64,000 nt of DNA from the human T2T-CHM13v2.0 reference genome, Homo sapiens, in assembly GCF_009914755.1 (NCBI RefSeq), contig NC_060932.1. One strand, 5' to 3'. How positions within the stretch are numbered: the first letter of the stretch is position 1; the number at the start of each line of letters is the position of its first letter. Below, piece by piece: positions 1 through 17,717 of this stretch. The position numbers and the translations under genes were made by a program. Below the pieces are notes generated by a model that was not told where the DNA came from, made no database searches, and worked only from the letters and a program-made list of their open reading frames with translations.

Positions 1-1419
1 TTTGGAGGCATTAAATTCACAATTTTGTGCAAACATCACCAACATCTAGTTCTGGAACTTTTTCATTACCCCAAAGGAAAATCTCCTACCTATTAAGCAG
101 TCACTTCCCATTTTCCTCTCCTCCCAGCATTATTTTTAAATGTATCTTTTTTTTTCACTCACTCATTGACTACATGACTAATTTTTCAATGCCTCCTGGC
201 ACTGGGACAGAAGAGCAGATGGAATGGTGTCCAGGACAGACTCACTAGGTCTCTCCCTTTAGATAGCTCCTTCCCTACCTTGCCCCAAGGGTATGGCAGG
301 AAGCAGAAGGAATGGAAACACAGCTAAGAAAGAGGCTGACACTTGCAAAGAGTAGCAGTGCAACATAAAATTGCAACATTTGTTTTCTAGCAACACTTTT
401 TAAATATAGTCTTCCTTTAGAAGGTGAATTTTAGATGTTCAGACTTTCATGAAAAGTTTTCCGTTGACTTTGAAAGAAAGGCTTTGAAGTGTTTTAACAA
501 ATTATTTAGTGAGATTAGCAAAGGACAGGGAATTAGTAACTTTTGGTTCTATTCTTGTATACTGGTGACTTCCTGTGTGGGTTGAGGCAAATCATTTACT
601 GTTTGCTGTGTTATTTATTGGGGTGTTCTTATTTCTCAGAATGAGTAAAACAGTTAAATCTATCTAAGCTGGAATGGACATATAGAATATGCCTTGTGAA
701 TTTTATGCAACAAGGGTAATAACTTACTTTCTGAATGACTAAGAATCTCAAGCTTTCTCGGCATGACCTTTTTGCATGGCCTCATCGGTATCCACGCAAA
801 TCATGTTTGACAGAGCGACATTTGACAAACACTGATCAGAATCACAAACCAAACTAGATTCTACATGTGTTTTTAATGAGGAAGAGAATGGTGACATTAT
901 CAGGGACATTCATATGGATGTATAGAATCAACACCTTTATACATACACACCTCACAGATACATATTTTCTTCAGATTTTCCAGTTTAGTCCAAACTTCGA
1001 TGTCAAGTTCCCTTGACAAACTTTAAACATCAAAAATATTTCTTCCTCTGGGCTATTCATTCTCATATAATCTATTCATACTCTTATACAGTCATGTTCT
1101 CTAGTTTGCCTCAGTCTCTTTTCACAGCAATTTGGCAATAAACAAGAAAATTAAAATTTTAAATAAAAATTAACTTATACCTTGATTCTAAATGCTTTTG
1201 ATGTTTACCCTAAAGATATAATTTCACACACTTGTGGGGAAATAGTTTAAAATATTCCATTATAGCATATTTTAATATAGACAAAAAATAGAAATAATAC
1301 CATAGTAATCTGTACCTATCCATACAATCTACAACACATCCATACAACTGAGAAACAAATAAGGTAGACCTTATACATGCTGATGTAGAATGATCATACT
1401 CTGTTGTTACACAGTCCAT

Positions 1420-2830
<1,411 letters not shown>

Positions 2831-5800
2831 CCATACACAATGGAGAAAAAGTAAAAGAACAAGGTAGTAAATAATATATACAATATAACACCATTTGTGT
2901 AACACAGGAGAAAATAGAAAAAATTATTGACAATAGTTACACCCGGAAAATGATTGGTACTGGGAATCAGAGGAGGTGGTAGGAGACATTTACTTTTATT
3001 ATACTGTTTCAAAAAATACTACTTTCTGCATAAATATATATATGCTTTTAATAACTAACAATAAACAAATTAGAAAATCCAGCTCTTGAATGTACATACT
3101 GTCAAAAACAAAGAATTTCAAAATTATTATGAACTACAGGTTAAATACTGAATACTGAATATTTGAATATAATATTTTAATATTCAAATTATATTCATAT
3201 GATCTGGATGCAAGAGAAGAGTGCATTCAAGTTATAAAGAACTATAACATAAATTATCTAATTGTATCTTTCCAACAACCCACAAACACCTATATGAAAT
3301 GTATTCATTAGAACATTGATTCATTCTTTCATGCTTCATGATGCTTCACACTTTATGTATTTTACTGTATGCCCGGAATTACATTAAAGACTTAAGGAAA
3401 AACAAGGTGAAAGAAGAAAACAAATGTAGCAAACTAAATGTAAGTACACATAATTTATGTTATTGTTGTTTTTAAAAAATTAAAAAGTGTGGGATGTTGA
3501 ATCATGTGAACAGGAGTAAAATTGTTTACAAACTCAGAAGCACCTGGTATACGATATTCAGCACTTAAAATTCTCATTAGATCATCGTATCTAGGTTGGG
3601 TCTCCAAAGTACAGACAGATATGAAAGTCTTAAAAAAACCTTCTCACAGGAGAACCACGATGACAATTAAAAGATTAGGAAGTAATGTTTATGAGTAAAG
3701 TTTACAAAAAGGGGAATATTGAGCCTGCAAAAGACGATGTGAATGCTGATTGAATACTCACCCTTAGAGTAACTAAGAAGTTTAAAGGTCCTGGATGATT
3801 ATTCTCTGCCTCAACCAAGAAGAGAAAATAAGGAAATGGTTTGAAGCTATCACACCAAGCTAGACGTGAGTAACGAGTGAGGATGTTAGACACCGGAGTG
3901 AAGTCACGGCATTTCTTCCTCAAGGGCCTTGCTCTTTAAAACGGAGATCAATTTTCATATGCCTAAATGACTTCCTAAATCCCCTTCATCCTTCTGATTC
4001 TCTCTCTGGAGAAAGGGATTCCTTGACCTGGAATCCATCCCTATGCCAAATAGCCTTCAAGGTCAGGAAGCTCTCTAGTATAATTCACCTAAATAGATCC
4101 GGCTTCAACTTGAATCCATTTCCTCTTGCTCTTTTTGGTAGAAAGAAAGAAATATTTGTCATGGAGCTCCATTTCAGAGCATTTCCAATAATTCAAAACA
4201 GTAATTTTGTGTTCTGGCCTTTCTTTCTTCATGCTAAATGATTTCTATTGCTTCAATATTTCACAAATTTTGTTCACGTTTTAATCTAGTTCATTACAAT
4301 ATCAATCACAGCGCCTCAATTTATAGTACGAATTACAGTGACAGTCTTCTAGAATCTGTTCTTCATATCTTTTTCATGCAATGGAACAAGCTTTGATTAA
4401 GAATCTGCATCTCTAGGTCTCTCATATCAAAAGATCCATAAGGGCATTATATTTTTAAGCCTTGAAAGCTGAATGATCTGTTCATCTGAATATTCAACTT
4501 CATTCATCCACAACAGAGGGGTCAGATCTTGTATTGGAATGTCTCTTCTACTTCCTAAAATTTAAATGTTTGTGGTTCCTGGGTATACTAGTCAAAAATA
4601 TTTTTGCTACAAATGCCAAAAATCCAACGGGAATTAGCATAGAACAAAAGGAGGATTTATGTAACCAAGTCACAGAGGCAGGGGTTGCAGCTGAGCTTCA
4701 ATTATAATACAAAATCAAACATGACCAGCATTTTTTTTCCTCTTAGTCTCTTGACTCTGCTTCTCTTTGCACTCCACCTTCAATTTTTCTTCCTACTGAC
4801 CAAGTCTTGAAAATTTTAACTTGTAAATATCAGTTACATTTGCCCCCTCATCTCTATTTTTAATTCAACAATCACCAATCTGTTCTTTATCATATCTAAC
4901 CCAGACTAACAAGTTTCTCCTAATAGGTTTCCCCAGTCCTCAGTTTCTTTCCTCTTAATCCATTTACAACGTAAATTACATCATGCCACTTGTCTGGTTA
5001 TAAACCTCCGAAAGTTCTTATTTTTTGTCAGGTGTATAAAAATCTAAAATTCTACAATATTCAAGATCTGTAATGATTGGCACCCTTTGGATTTCACTAA
5101 CTCCAACTTTTCCTAACAATTTATTCTGAACTACTCTCATTTTTCTACATATGCCATGAATTAGAATATCAGTCTAGGATGCTTTTTTCTGCTTTGTCTA
5201 CTAGGTGATATTTTTAAATCATCCTTCAAGCTGCAACTTAAATGGGATACCTTGTTTTAATGCCCCTAGTCAAAGTTAATCACTACTGTGGCAGGGGAGA
5301 TGGTACAGTGCAATAATAAGCACCAGTATGTAGTTTATTTTCCAATTATTTATTTGCCAGTTTTTCTTCTTTGCTGGAGTATGTATTTTTTGTGAAGGAA
5401 AAGTTTATATCTGTTTCAGTTCTCAACTTGCACCCATCACTTATAAGCTGTATCCTCAGCATCTTCACTTCATAAATGTGACGGTGATAATAGTATCTCC
5501 TTCACAGCGTAGTTCTGAGGACTAAATAATTAATTAATACAAAGTGCTTAAAATATAAAATACCTGGCATGGAAAACATCCAATTAATATTAGTTGTTGT
5601 GTTTGTTGTTGTTTGTTATTTTATTTTTACCATTGTTGCCTGGTTCACAGTTATACTCAATAAATGTTGGATGAATGAAAGAATGATTAGATCTGTGTAA
5701 GACAGAACAAAGGAGTAAATATATCTGGTGACCTCTAAATCTCTAGTAATACTACTTCCTAAGCTACAAAAATTTCCTGAAGCCTTTAATGAATGTTATC

Positions 5801-6149
5801 AGCTGGTCACACCCAAAATGCATTATTAATAGAGAGATAATGGATGAGGTGTGAAAACAGAGTGGGTGATGCCACTTGGGTCCACGTGGGCATAACAAGG
5901 AGCTCTTCAAGCACAGCTGCACCAGCTGCCAAGAGAGCCTGACGGCTCCTAGCACAACCCTCCACAGGGCAGATTCCCCAGTGTCCCTTTAGAGAATCTA
6001 TTCTCCACTAAGTCCAAGACACACTGGAAAGGAAAACTGGCATTCCAACTGCATAGGCTAGGCAATCACATCCACTTCTTGCATTCTCTTCTCTCCTAAC
6101 ATTCTCCATTTTATATTTCATCAGTACTGAGGGAAAAAATAACTTGCCC

Positions 6150-6445
6150 TTTTTTTTTTTTTGAGACAGGGTCTCATTCTGTCACCCAACCTGAAGTTCA
6201 ATGGTGCAATCATAGCTCACTGCAGCCTTGAACTCCTGGGCTCAAGCAGTCATCCCACCTCAGCCTCCCAAGGAGTTGGGACTACAGGTGCGCACCATCA
6301 CACTAGGCTAATAGTTTGTAATTTTTGTAGATGTGGGATCTTGCTATATTGCCCAGGCTGGCCTCAAACTCCTAGCCTCAAACGATCACTCTGCCTCGGT
6401 CTCCCGAAGAGCCGGGATTACAAGTGTGAGCCACCACACCCGGCC
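6150..6445 (-). mobile_element. AluJ
   Basis: Poly-T then GAGACAGGGTCTC...TCACTGCAGCCTTGAACTCCTGGGCTCAAG (AluJ-type), ending CACCCGGCC. Confidence 0.92.
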
Positions 6446-6655
6446 TAATTTATCCTTTTTAATGAAGTATATACACTAGGCTTTCTGCACTAAATGCTTC
6501 ATTCAAGTGGGCTATGCAACTGAGTCTTCATAATAATCATAGGAGATAGCTTATCAGTATGAAATTATCAACTAAAAAACTAATAAGCCAAATCTGTGTC
6601 CTTTACACTTTATTGTGTTATTTTTCAAAAATGAACTAGTAAGAAAACAATGGAA

Positions 6656-6984
<329 letters not shown>

Positions 6985-9900
6985 GGAAACAAAGGAAGAT
7001 TGGAAATACAGGTGGCATTCATCTTGTATGTCTTATATGTTTATCTTCTTTTGGAATCAGAGAGATGGACTAAGAAAATGTAAAATGACTTTGGAAAGAA
7101 ATAAATGTGAGAAAGAGACGGCAGGGAGACAAAGAAATTGTCAAGAAAGAGCAATAAAACGTAGACTTCAGAATGAAGGCAATGTGACTTACCTTTTGTC
7201 ATTCTTACCTAATTTCCATGCCTTTCAACTGATCCTCTAGTACCATGTAAAGCCATAGATTTGGGAATCACATAATGTATTTTCATCTCTGCCAATGTTT
7301 GTATGAGTTTGGGGAAATTAATTATTCTCTTTGAACCTGTCTTCTTCATCTTTAAAAGGAATAAAATTATATACTTCTTAAGATTGCTGAAAGGATGAAA
7401 TGAGATAATTTAAAGAATCCATAGAGTCCAAGTTCCAGCAGAGAGTTTGTGGTATGCATGTGTGTGAAGAGAGAAAGATACAGAGAAGCAGAGAGAAAAA
7501 AAATGTGTGAGTGTATGTATTTCCTCCTTTTTCTCATAAATTTTCAAGACCTATCCTTTTCATCACTAAGAAGAGAGGAAATAGCGATATACATATGTTA
7601 TAAATCTTGTGGCTTGTGTGCTGGAAAATATCTTTAAGATAATTTAATCCTGTGTCCTCGTTTTACAGAGTCAAAGTCCTTAGAAAGTTAATCTTACCAG
7701 TCTAAATATATGTTTTATCTTCTCCCATGCACAATAACAACAACAAAATCAGGAAACTTTTCTTTCTTCTCAAAAATGATTAAGAATAAATGAATTCAAC
7801 TGTAGATATCACAGTTATTTAACATATATACACCCCTATAGACCTTATATAAGAACAAGCTATAATAAGCTAAATGGCAAATGAGAACAGAGACCAATCC
7901 CATCATTTCTTTCACTAATAAGGAGAACTATCACAGCTTATAACAATATCATAGCGGCAGGTGTATTTCTCAGAGTTGAGTGCCTGGGGCACAAAACAAA
8001 GCAAGGAGATAAGGCTCTGTCCTATTTGTCTCTCATTAGTCTTGCCCTTAATGCATTATTGGTGGTGGTCTCCTACCCATGGTGTCAATATTTGTCTCAT
8101 GTTACTATGTGGCTTCTCAAATAGGAACTTGAAATGGATATTTCTGTCCTGATACCTTTTTATCCTATGAGGCTACAGCTTCTTTATTTTATGGAGTTGA
8201 ATTGCCTTAGACATTGAGGGAAGATAATAACCATGATATAATAGATGACTAAGTAGAATGCTTGACATAGTCATAGAAATATGACTTACATAATAGAAAT
8301 TTCTCCCTGATCTTAAAATTGTCAATCATTTCTACCACCCAGATCTCTAATAACACTTTCAAGAAAAGTGGAAAATGTTGATGTTTTCCTCTAAAAATTA
8401 TTTTAAAGTTTTAACAAATTATTTATTTTGGTTCCAAACAAATTGGGGGGAAAATTTGAAGTTTGTTGTAAGTGGATTTTTCCATTTTTTTACCTCTTCT
8501 CTTTCAGTATCATGGTAGAAAGAACACTAATTTGGAAATGAGGTGATCTAAGTTTGAGTCACGGCTGTGCCCGTAGACAAATTTGTGCCTTATGAAAAGC
8601 ATTTAACTTTTTTGTCTGTAAAATGAAGAGCAATCCAATTAGATGGTACCCAAAGTAATTTCACTATGGGCATTCCACTCTCAAGTTGGATTATAATCCT
8701 GAAGGCCAAATTCTAATTTGATCTTGAGAAGTTCTTCAAAACCTAGATCCTCCCTCTCCACTAAAAAACAAAAACAAGCAAACAACAAAAAAAAGGGGTA
8801 ACTCACATTGGTTGTTATCATAATTATTCCCTGCATTCTTATAAAATAGCTATTGTCTATATAATAAAAGCACAGAGGTAGACTGAGGTGAAGAAAGAGG
8901 AGACTTGGACTACCCTGAGAAAAACGCAATAGAGGAGTTGTACTCCCTCCTCTGCTTCTGTTGCTCAGAAGCAAGCATGGCACAGATTTAGGGACTACCC
9001 CTATCATGACTCTCTTCTGAGAGAACATGCTAGACGTATGCCCCAGGAGGCCTAATGGGACACCAAGTGATAGCACAGCCTAGTAAGGTTATGTGTCATA
9101 TTCAGTGCAGTTTTATTGCCAAATGGAGAAAAAAAAACCTGGGCCCAGGCCACAGGGTAGTACAGCAGCGGCTTGAGCTATTGTTGCTTCTCTGATTGCT
9201 TGCCCAAGCCCACCCTTGACCTCCGCAGGATGCTGTCCAGTCTGAGACAGAGGTAGACGCAGCCCCTGAGAGAGGAGAGCAGAGCTGGGACTCAGGAGAA
9301 AGCATGAGGGCATGGGGCCATCCACACTGGCCTTAAGCCATGCCTGTTCTGTTTCTTAGCTTTCTTTCTGTGTTGTGTTTTGTTTTTTTATTACCACCAC
9401 AAAAAGACTTAAGATTTACTGACTTTGCTTCTGATCAATTTATTTTTTCTTTAGAAAATTAACTCTCTTCTCTAAACCTTCATTTTATAACACTCTCCTC
9501 AGATTCCCTTAATCCTTCAATAACTTCTCACTCTCAACCACAATAACAAAACTGCATTTCATTTTCCGTGCTCCCCTTATAAACGACCAGATTCAAACTT
9601 AGACCAGAATAGTTAAGTCTCTGCTCCTTACCATCCATCAGGCTTCGCAATGTCATCCCCAACTCGGAACAGAATGAGGCAACCTGGCCTTAAAGATGTG
9701 GGTTTTCAGAAACGGTGGTGTTAAATTCCAACTCTGCTCTGACATTCAAGAGATCACAAAGTTCTCCCAACCTCTGTGAGTCATAGTTTACTTACCTCTT
9801 AAAGTGGAACAATAAATCTCCACTTTGGAGGATTTTAATAAATGTTTAATTTGATAATTTAAATAGACAACACACTACCTGGTACAAAGTAAAGGTTTAA

Positions 9901-10599
9901 AAATGATATTTAATTTTAATGCTTTCACTGCTGTTATTAATACAATATGTGAAATTAAAAAGCCAAAAAATGCATCAAATGATGCAAGAAAATAATATAT
10001 GTATTTATTTGTTATCTTCGAGTCATTTAAAATCAAGTAATACGATTTTTAAGAAATTAAAATTTATTTCTTATTTACATTGCTGGAAGAAGTTAATTTG
10101 AGAAAGAATAAACTGTTTTCACAAATTCTAAACAATATCTCACACCAGGAATAATGTCTGACAATAGTAAGTGCTCAATAAATATTTGAATAAATGAACA
10201 AATGTCTCTCTTTATAAACTTTCTCTGAAATCAGGAGACACTAGAAGATTCCCACATTTACTCTCTTTTCTTGTGAGTCATTTACCTGGACTACTTCCCA
10301 CAAGCCTAACAAGACTTTCTGATCAGCAGCTCTGTTCTTTACACTTTATTTACTCTCATGCGTTCCCTGAATGCAGAAAGTGCAGCTTTCAAGTAGGGAA
10401 ACTGATTATCTTCTCTGTCTGTTCACTTTGGTGTCTGCCAGGAGATTAGGGTGATTAGGTGTCCTTGACGTACAGTATACTGGTTATAAAAGAAGTAATA
10501 GTGCCTCTCTCCTTTGGACAAAATAGCCCATATTAGCACGCTCATGTCCAATCATGAGTGTTCATTTTAAAAGGAGCATTAAATAAGAATAAAATACTA

Positions 10600-10836
10600 A
10601 GTGCCATTCAATATTCTAGACTGGATTCTGGACTAGAAAAAGGGGTATTCATGGAAAATCTGGCGAAATCTTAATGCGGCCTGTAATTTAGTCAATAATA
10701 TTGTGTCAATGTTAATTTCTTAGGTTTGACAAATGGACAATGGTTATGTGAGGTGTTAACATTAGCTGGAGCTGGATGAAGGCCATACAGTAAATATGAT
10801 ATCTTTGCAACTTTTAAATAAGTCTAAAATTATTCC
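10600..10836 (+). mobile_element. Ancient L1M (L1MC/MD/ME-type) 3'-end fragment
   Basis: Typical L1M 3' UTR text: tattgtgtcaatgttaatttctt...ggttatgtgaggtgttaacattag...tctttgcaacttt...tctaaaattattcca. Confidence 0.6.
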
Positions 10837-11475
10837 AGCATTTTAATAAACCCACACAGGTTGGTGACAGGTAAAAAAGAGCGTAGAATTGTGGGTGATT
10901 ATCATAATTACAGCAAACACACATAGGGCTTGTATATATAGTGATCAAAGTGATTTATCTATATAAAATATCTTAATTTTCACAATAGTAGGTAAAAACT
11001 GTTAGTATACCCATTTTGTAGATAAGGAAACTGACGCTCAAATGACTGAATTATTTCCCAAGTTTACCAAATTAGAAAGATGCAAAGCCAGCATTATGAA
11101 CTTAGGTAGTTTAGCTTCTAATCTTGAGCTGTTAACACTAAACATCCTGCAAGTGAGGTAAGATATAGTAAAAAATAAAAAGAGGCTAAAGGTGTGTTTA
11201 TGAAAGATGAATAGGGAAATAATAGTAGCACATTAAAAAAGAAGCAGCAGCAATGTTAAAGATGACCTGGGTTTTCATTCCAGCTGTACTATTAGGTTCG
11301 TGCAAACATAATTGCAGTTTTTGCATTGTTGAAATTTGCTGTTTGATATTGGAATACATTCTTAAATAAATGTGGTTATGGTATACACCATTTTAATGTG
11401 CATTTTTCGCTTTTTTTTTTTTTTTTTTTGCTAATGACTTATGACTTGCTGTTTATTTTATATTTATTTTAGACT

Positions 11476-12815
<1,340 letters not shown>

Positions 12816-13789
12816 TAAAGATGTGTTTGAGCCTAGTTATAATGATTTAAAATTCACGGTCTAGAACCACAATTACTTTTGCACAAACCTAATAGTATGG
12901 CAACTAGCTGTGAAAACTTCAGCAATTCAATAAACTTTTTGAGCCACAGTTTTCTTATCTTTAAAAAGATGATCATGGTGATTACCTCCAGGTGTGTTTC
13001 AAAGCAATAATTCTACAACTCTAAGGTATAGTACAAGTGGCAGATAATTAGAATGCTCTCTCCTCCCATTTCCCCCTGAAAAACATCCTAGGAAAATAAA
13101 AACAACCCGCCATTTCTGCCAGAATGGGTTGCTGTGGGAGCAACATTAACATAGGTATTTTATTAACATAGTTTAAAAGCTAAGTAATTTAATTTTTAAA
13201 AATACATCTAACAAGTCATCTAGTATTTTATAGAATATTAAAAATAAAGCAATTGTACCTAAATAGTTAATGCAACTTAATTCCAAGATAATTTATTAAC
13301 TAAGTGAAAAATTTTGAACATCTAAATGTGCTAGACAGAAAATAAAAGCCTGGGAAACAAAAGTGAATCATATGTGATTTCTGCCATCAATGTTGGGAAA
13401 GTGCTTACAGTTGGGGTGCATATGCTTTAAAGATAATAACAATAAAATGTGCCAAGTGAGACTGAAAAGGGACTGAAGGAGAAGGACCATCTAAGACAAA
13501 AGAGAAATGGAGAACGAGAAACATTTCTTCAGGTGGAGAAGAGGAAAAGAAGATTCTAGAAAAAGAGAATTGTGCATGCAAAGGAAAGACTGGGAAATGG
13601 TGAGGGATCCTGAGAAGTTGGTGCATCAGTTGAATGAGAGGAAATTGAGATGATGGAGTGGCGGGGGCATGGGGAGGCCATCAATATAAATTTAGCACCA
13701 TTGGTAAATACCAAGAAAGGCAATCAGATGAGGGCTGTAAGCAGCGGGAAGTTACTTTGATTAGATTTGATTTTGAAGAATGGCATTAA

Positions 13790-14880
13790 CTATACTATTG
13801 TACACTGACCTAATCAGATCACATCTGGAACATGAGGTTCAATTATAAATGTTCCATTTTGAGACGAGCACTAACAAACAGAAACACATGCCAAGAGGCT
13901 ACCGGGATGGCAAATGAGCTGAAAACTCTCTTTAATAATGAAAAAGAGCATTTTAAGCTAATTTCTGCTAGTGTAGCTAAGAGCTACCTCTTGCACTTGA
14001 CTGCAATACCTATCTCCCACACAATCTTGCCCAAATCTAATATTTACTCCATTCCTAAGAATGTGTGCTTTAGTTTGTAAATGGGAATGCAGAAGCTTGG
14101 GGCAGTGCAGGTTTGTGAGAGAAGGAAGAGGTAACTGGAGAAGGGAGGAGGATAGAATAGCATCTTTACCTCACCAGTCCCATGTATTAGTATACACCCA
14201 TTATGGAAAAAGAGGAAGAAGTTCATAGAACTATTGAGGGGAATTTCTGAGATGACAGAGAGCAGCTTTTGGCATCTGAAGATAATTTAAGGCAGAAAGC
14301 TGAGAAAGATGACCTTACCTTTTCTTGGTATTGCCAGTAGCACTGCTTGATTTGTTTGTTTGTTTATTTGTTTGTTGTAAGGTCTAAAAATCCCAGTAGC
14401 ATCTGGTATATACTTTTGAAATGACTTTGGGCTTTTCATGGTGAGCAGTGATAACAGATATAAACAAGTGGACAAGTAGGAATACCAGTAGAGCTGAGGC
14501 CCATGGTTATACTGCTTAAAAACTTAAAAATTCTTTTGCAGACCTCCAGATAGAACCGAAGGCAATTTGAGGATGAGGACCAAAGTCCTTTTGCTTCACA
14601 GGTGGAAACAAATCCATAGACAATGAATTACTCATTGAATATGGTTCACCCTAAAAGAGGGTAGACCAAAAGAAGATGATGAAATCCTGTTATGAAGAAT
14701 AAAATACTATAGGAGTGGGCTAGGGACAATTGAAAAAATAATACAGAGGCAGGTTTCAGCTGAACACAAAATAAAAACAAACCACAACTTGAACCTGTTT
14801 CACATTTAACCTGGAACAAGCTACCTTAGAAGGAAATATCATCACTGGAGGTATTCAAGGAAGAGCTAGATGACTGTCGG
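13790..14880 (+). mobile_element. L3/CR1 fragments (13790-13940 and ~14740-14880) with other old sequence between
   Basis: CR1-like text ctaatcagatcacatctggaacatgaggttcaatt... and atcactggaggtattcaag. Highly diverged. Confidence 0.5.
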
Positions 14881-15165
14881 TCCAGGAGAAGAGAGAAGAT
14901 CTTGGGTCTTGGAACCTGTCTGGATTTTATTCTGGCTTGCTGTGTGATCTTGAGCACATCACTTCATCTCTGTGAGACTTGCTTGGTTCATCTGCAGGCG
15001 CAGATTATATCTACCTTTTAGTTGATTTGAGAATTAGAATTACATTTCATAAAGTATCTGAAACAGTGCCAGATATATAGCAGGTGTGCAATCAACAGGA
15101 GCTGCTAGTCTGTTTATCACATTATTATTACGAGAGTCAGTTCAAAGGATGAATTAGATAATGAC

Positions 15166-15580
15166 TGTTTAAGTCAGCTTGGCTTGCCATTATATCATAG
15201 ACTTGATAACTTAAACAATAGAAATTTGTTTTCTCACAGTTCTGGAGGCTGGAAGTTCCAGATCAAAGTACTAGCACGGTTAGGCTCTGGTGATGGCTCT
15301 CTTCCTGGCTTGCAGATGGCAGTCTTCTTGCTGTGTCTTCCTGTGGTCCTTCCTGAGAGTCTGCACTAGGAGAGAGAGAAAAAAGAAGGGAGAGGAAGAG
15401 AAACTTGTAGAATTCATTTCCTCTTCTTACAAGGCCACCAATCCTATCAGATTAGGGCCCCACACGTATAACTTCATTTAACCTTAATTACCTTCTAAAA
15501 GCCCTATCTTTAAATAGTCATATTACAGATGTGGAGCTTCAGCATATGAGGTTTAGGGGGACACAATATAGTCCATAGCA
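15166..15580 (-). mobile_element. MaLR solo LTR (MLT1A/MSTD-like)
   Basis: tctcacagttctggaggctggaagttccagatcaa... ggggacacaatatagtccatagca terminus. Confidence 0.8.
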
Positions 15581-16006
15581 ACCATAAGGACTTTCTGTAA
15601 ATTTTCACATTTCAAAAGCACTCTATAATTGACAAACACTTTATTTCACTTAATTCCATGATTTCATGCCTACTCTTGCCAGTGTTGCCTCTTACCCTCT
15701 GCCTTTTCAGTTCCCAATCATTACAGGCCTTTACACATCACTCCCCAAGGATGTTGTCTCTGAAGCTCTAGGCTAACTAAGATGTCCTCATTAGGCATTC
15801 ACATAGCACTCTGTATGTTCATTTTGCAGTCCTTCATAAAATTGCATTAAACATTTTGAGTCTTTCCTAAATGCTTCCTTTCACTAGTAACACTTTATGC
15901 TCCATTGGGAGAGACAGGTTTTGCCTTTTCCACTTCTGTATTGTCTGAGGTAACATAGTTGTGGCATACAATACATTTACCATAAGTATTAATTAATTAA
16001 AAATTA

Positions 16007-16084
16007 TCAGGTTGGTGCAAAAGTAATTGTGGTTTTGCCATTGAAAGTAATGGCAAAAACTGCAATTAGTTTGCACCAACCTAA
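16007..16084. mobile_element. MADE1 (Hsmar1-derived MITE), 78-bp palindrome
   Basis: TCAGGTTGGTGCAAAAGTAATTGTGGTTTTGCCATT...AATGGCAAAAACTGCAATTAGTTTGCACCAACCTAA flanked by TA on both sides. Confidence 0.95.
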
Positions 16085-17717
16085 TAAGAGATGCTCCTTG
16101 CATACCTCTACGCCCAGTAATGTTGTTCTTGATACCTACTTGAAACCTGTCCATCCAAACTTTATCCACTAAAGTAAATTTGGTACTTCCGTGTTCACTT
16201 TGTCCATACTAATGATATAACACTTGACTAAAATTAAGCATAACTGTCTTCACATAAACTTGCTAACACTGATGCCAGGAACTCAAAGTTTTTATTCCCA
16301 GAAATTATACAAACTGATAAAAAGATGGGTAGGAATATATGCAACACAGAGTAAGGTATGTTTGCCCCACTAGTATCTTGCTCCCTATAACACTGGACAT
16401 AAAGGTGCAAGAATTTTCTAGAATCTGAGACACAGATCCAAGAAATTAGTTCTACTAGTCCCTCAGGATACTCATGACACAGTGTAATAACCCCTCATAA
16501 AGCATGTAAATTCTTGTTTCTAATCCAGAAACTTAAGTGGACACCTTGGGACCTTCTGACAAATACCAAATATGAGTTTTCCAGTAACAATCCATACATT
16601 AAATATTAGTACACTATATTTCTCTTATTTCTACATTAAAAATTATAAACTACATCTTTATGGTGGAGACACAACATTTTGGAAGCCACTGCTCTCCAAA
16701 CCTTTTTGATTGACCACCACATAATTAAAAATACTTTAGCTGCATTCCTCCTGTATTTGTGGGTTGATTGGCTTATGTTATTCAAATATATACATCCATA
16801 CCACTGTTACATATGCTATAAAATATGCATAAAGTATACATAAAGTGAAAATTAGATAAGTATTAAATGAACAATATTTATGAATACTTTTACTGTATTA
16901 TTGATACAACATTAATCAGGCTATATATCAATATAAAACTAGTACAAAATTAATGACAAAAGTTAGTCCTTTAATAAATACCATAACTATTATTTTTTGA
17001 TATGAATTTTAATGTCTGTTATAGCTTAAAAAGAAATCTATAAGGTCAAGTATATACATATTGAAGATATTTATGGTTGGGCCATTTTTTATTCCCATCT
17101 ACAGATATTCAAATATTTAGGTTTTAATTTGGTTGGAAAAACTCAATCTTCTGATATATTAATAAAAAATTAATTTATCCAAATTAATACAAACATGTTG
17201 GATGTTTATTTATACAAAGATTTTAAAATTATTAAAACAACTGGAAGATTTTTAAAGTTTTTTAAAAATTATATTTCTATGTTTTTAAGTATGCAAATAT
17301 GAGACTTTTTTTTAATAGGTGACTCACTTGAATGTTATTTGGCAACAAAATCTACACAATTCCAGGCATGCTTTTTTGAAATATACTGTCCATAGCATAT
17401 GTGTTTTATCTTGTTTTTAATTTCTTTCACATAAACACGTTAAATGGAAATAATAAGTTCTTAACCTTTTGTGCTGCACACTATCAAAAGCTTTTAGTCT
17501 TCACAGTGAGCTTACTACTTTGGGGATCTCATCTCTTATAAAAGAAAATGTATAAATGATGTTTAAGTTTATGAATCCTTGTAAACATTATGGCATGGCA
17601 GCTGCATTTCACCAATATTCATTCTTTCTTTTAGTGAGAGGGTTGCTCAACTTTAGCTGGACACATGGACACATAGTTAAAATTATAATTTCTCATTTCC
17701 CTTGCAGCTGGGTATGG

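Noticed and set aside
3762-3809. 48-nt minus-strand exon candidate with an AGG|GTGAGTA donor
   Set aside because: The acceptor is weak (GAG), it overlaps CR1/L3-like remnant sequence, and the peptide is not recognisable.
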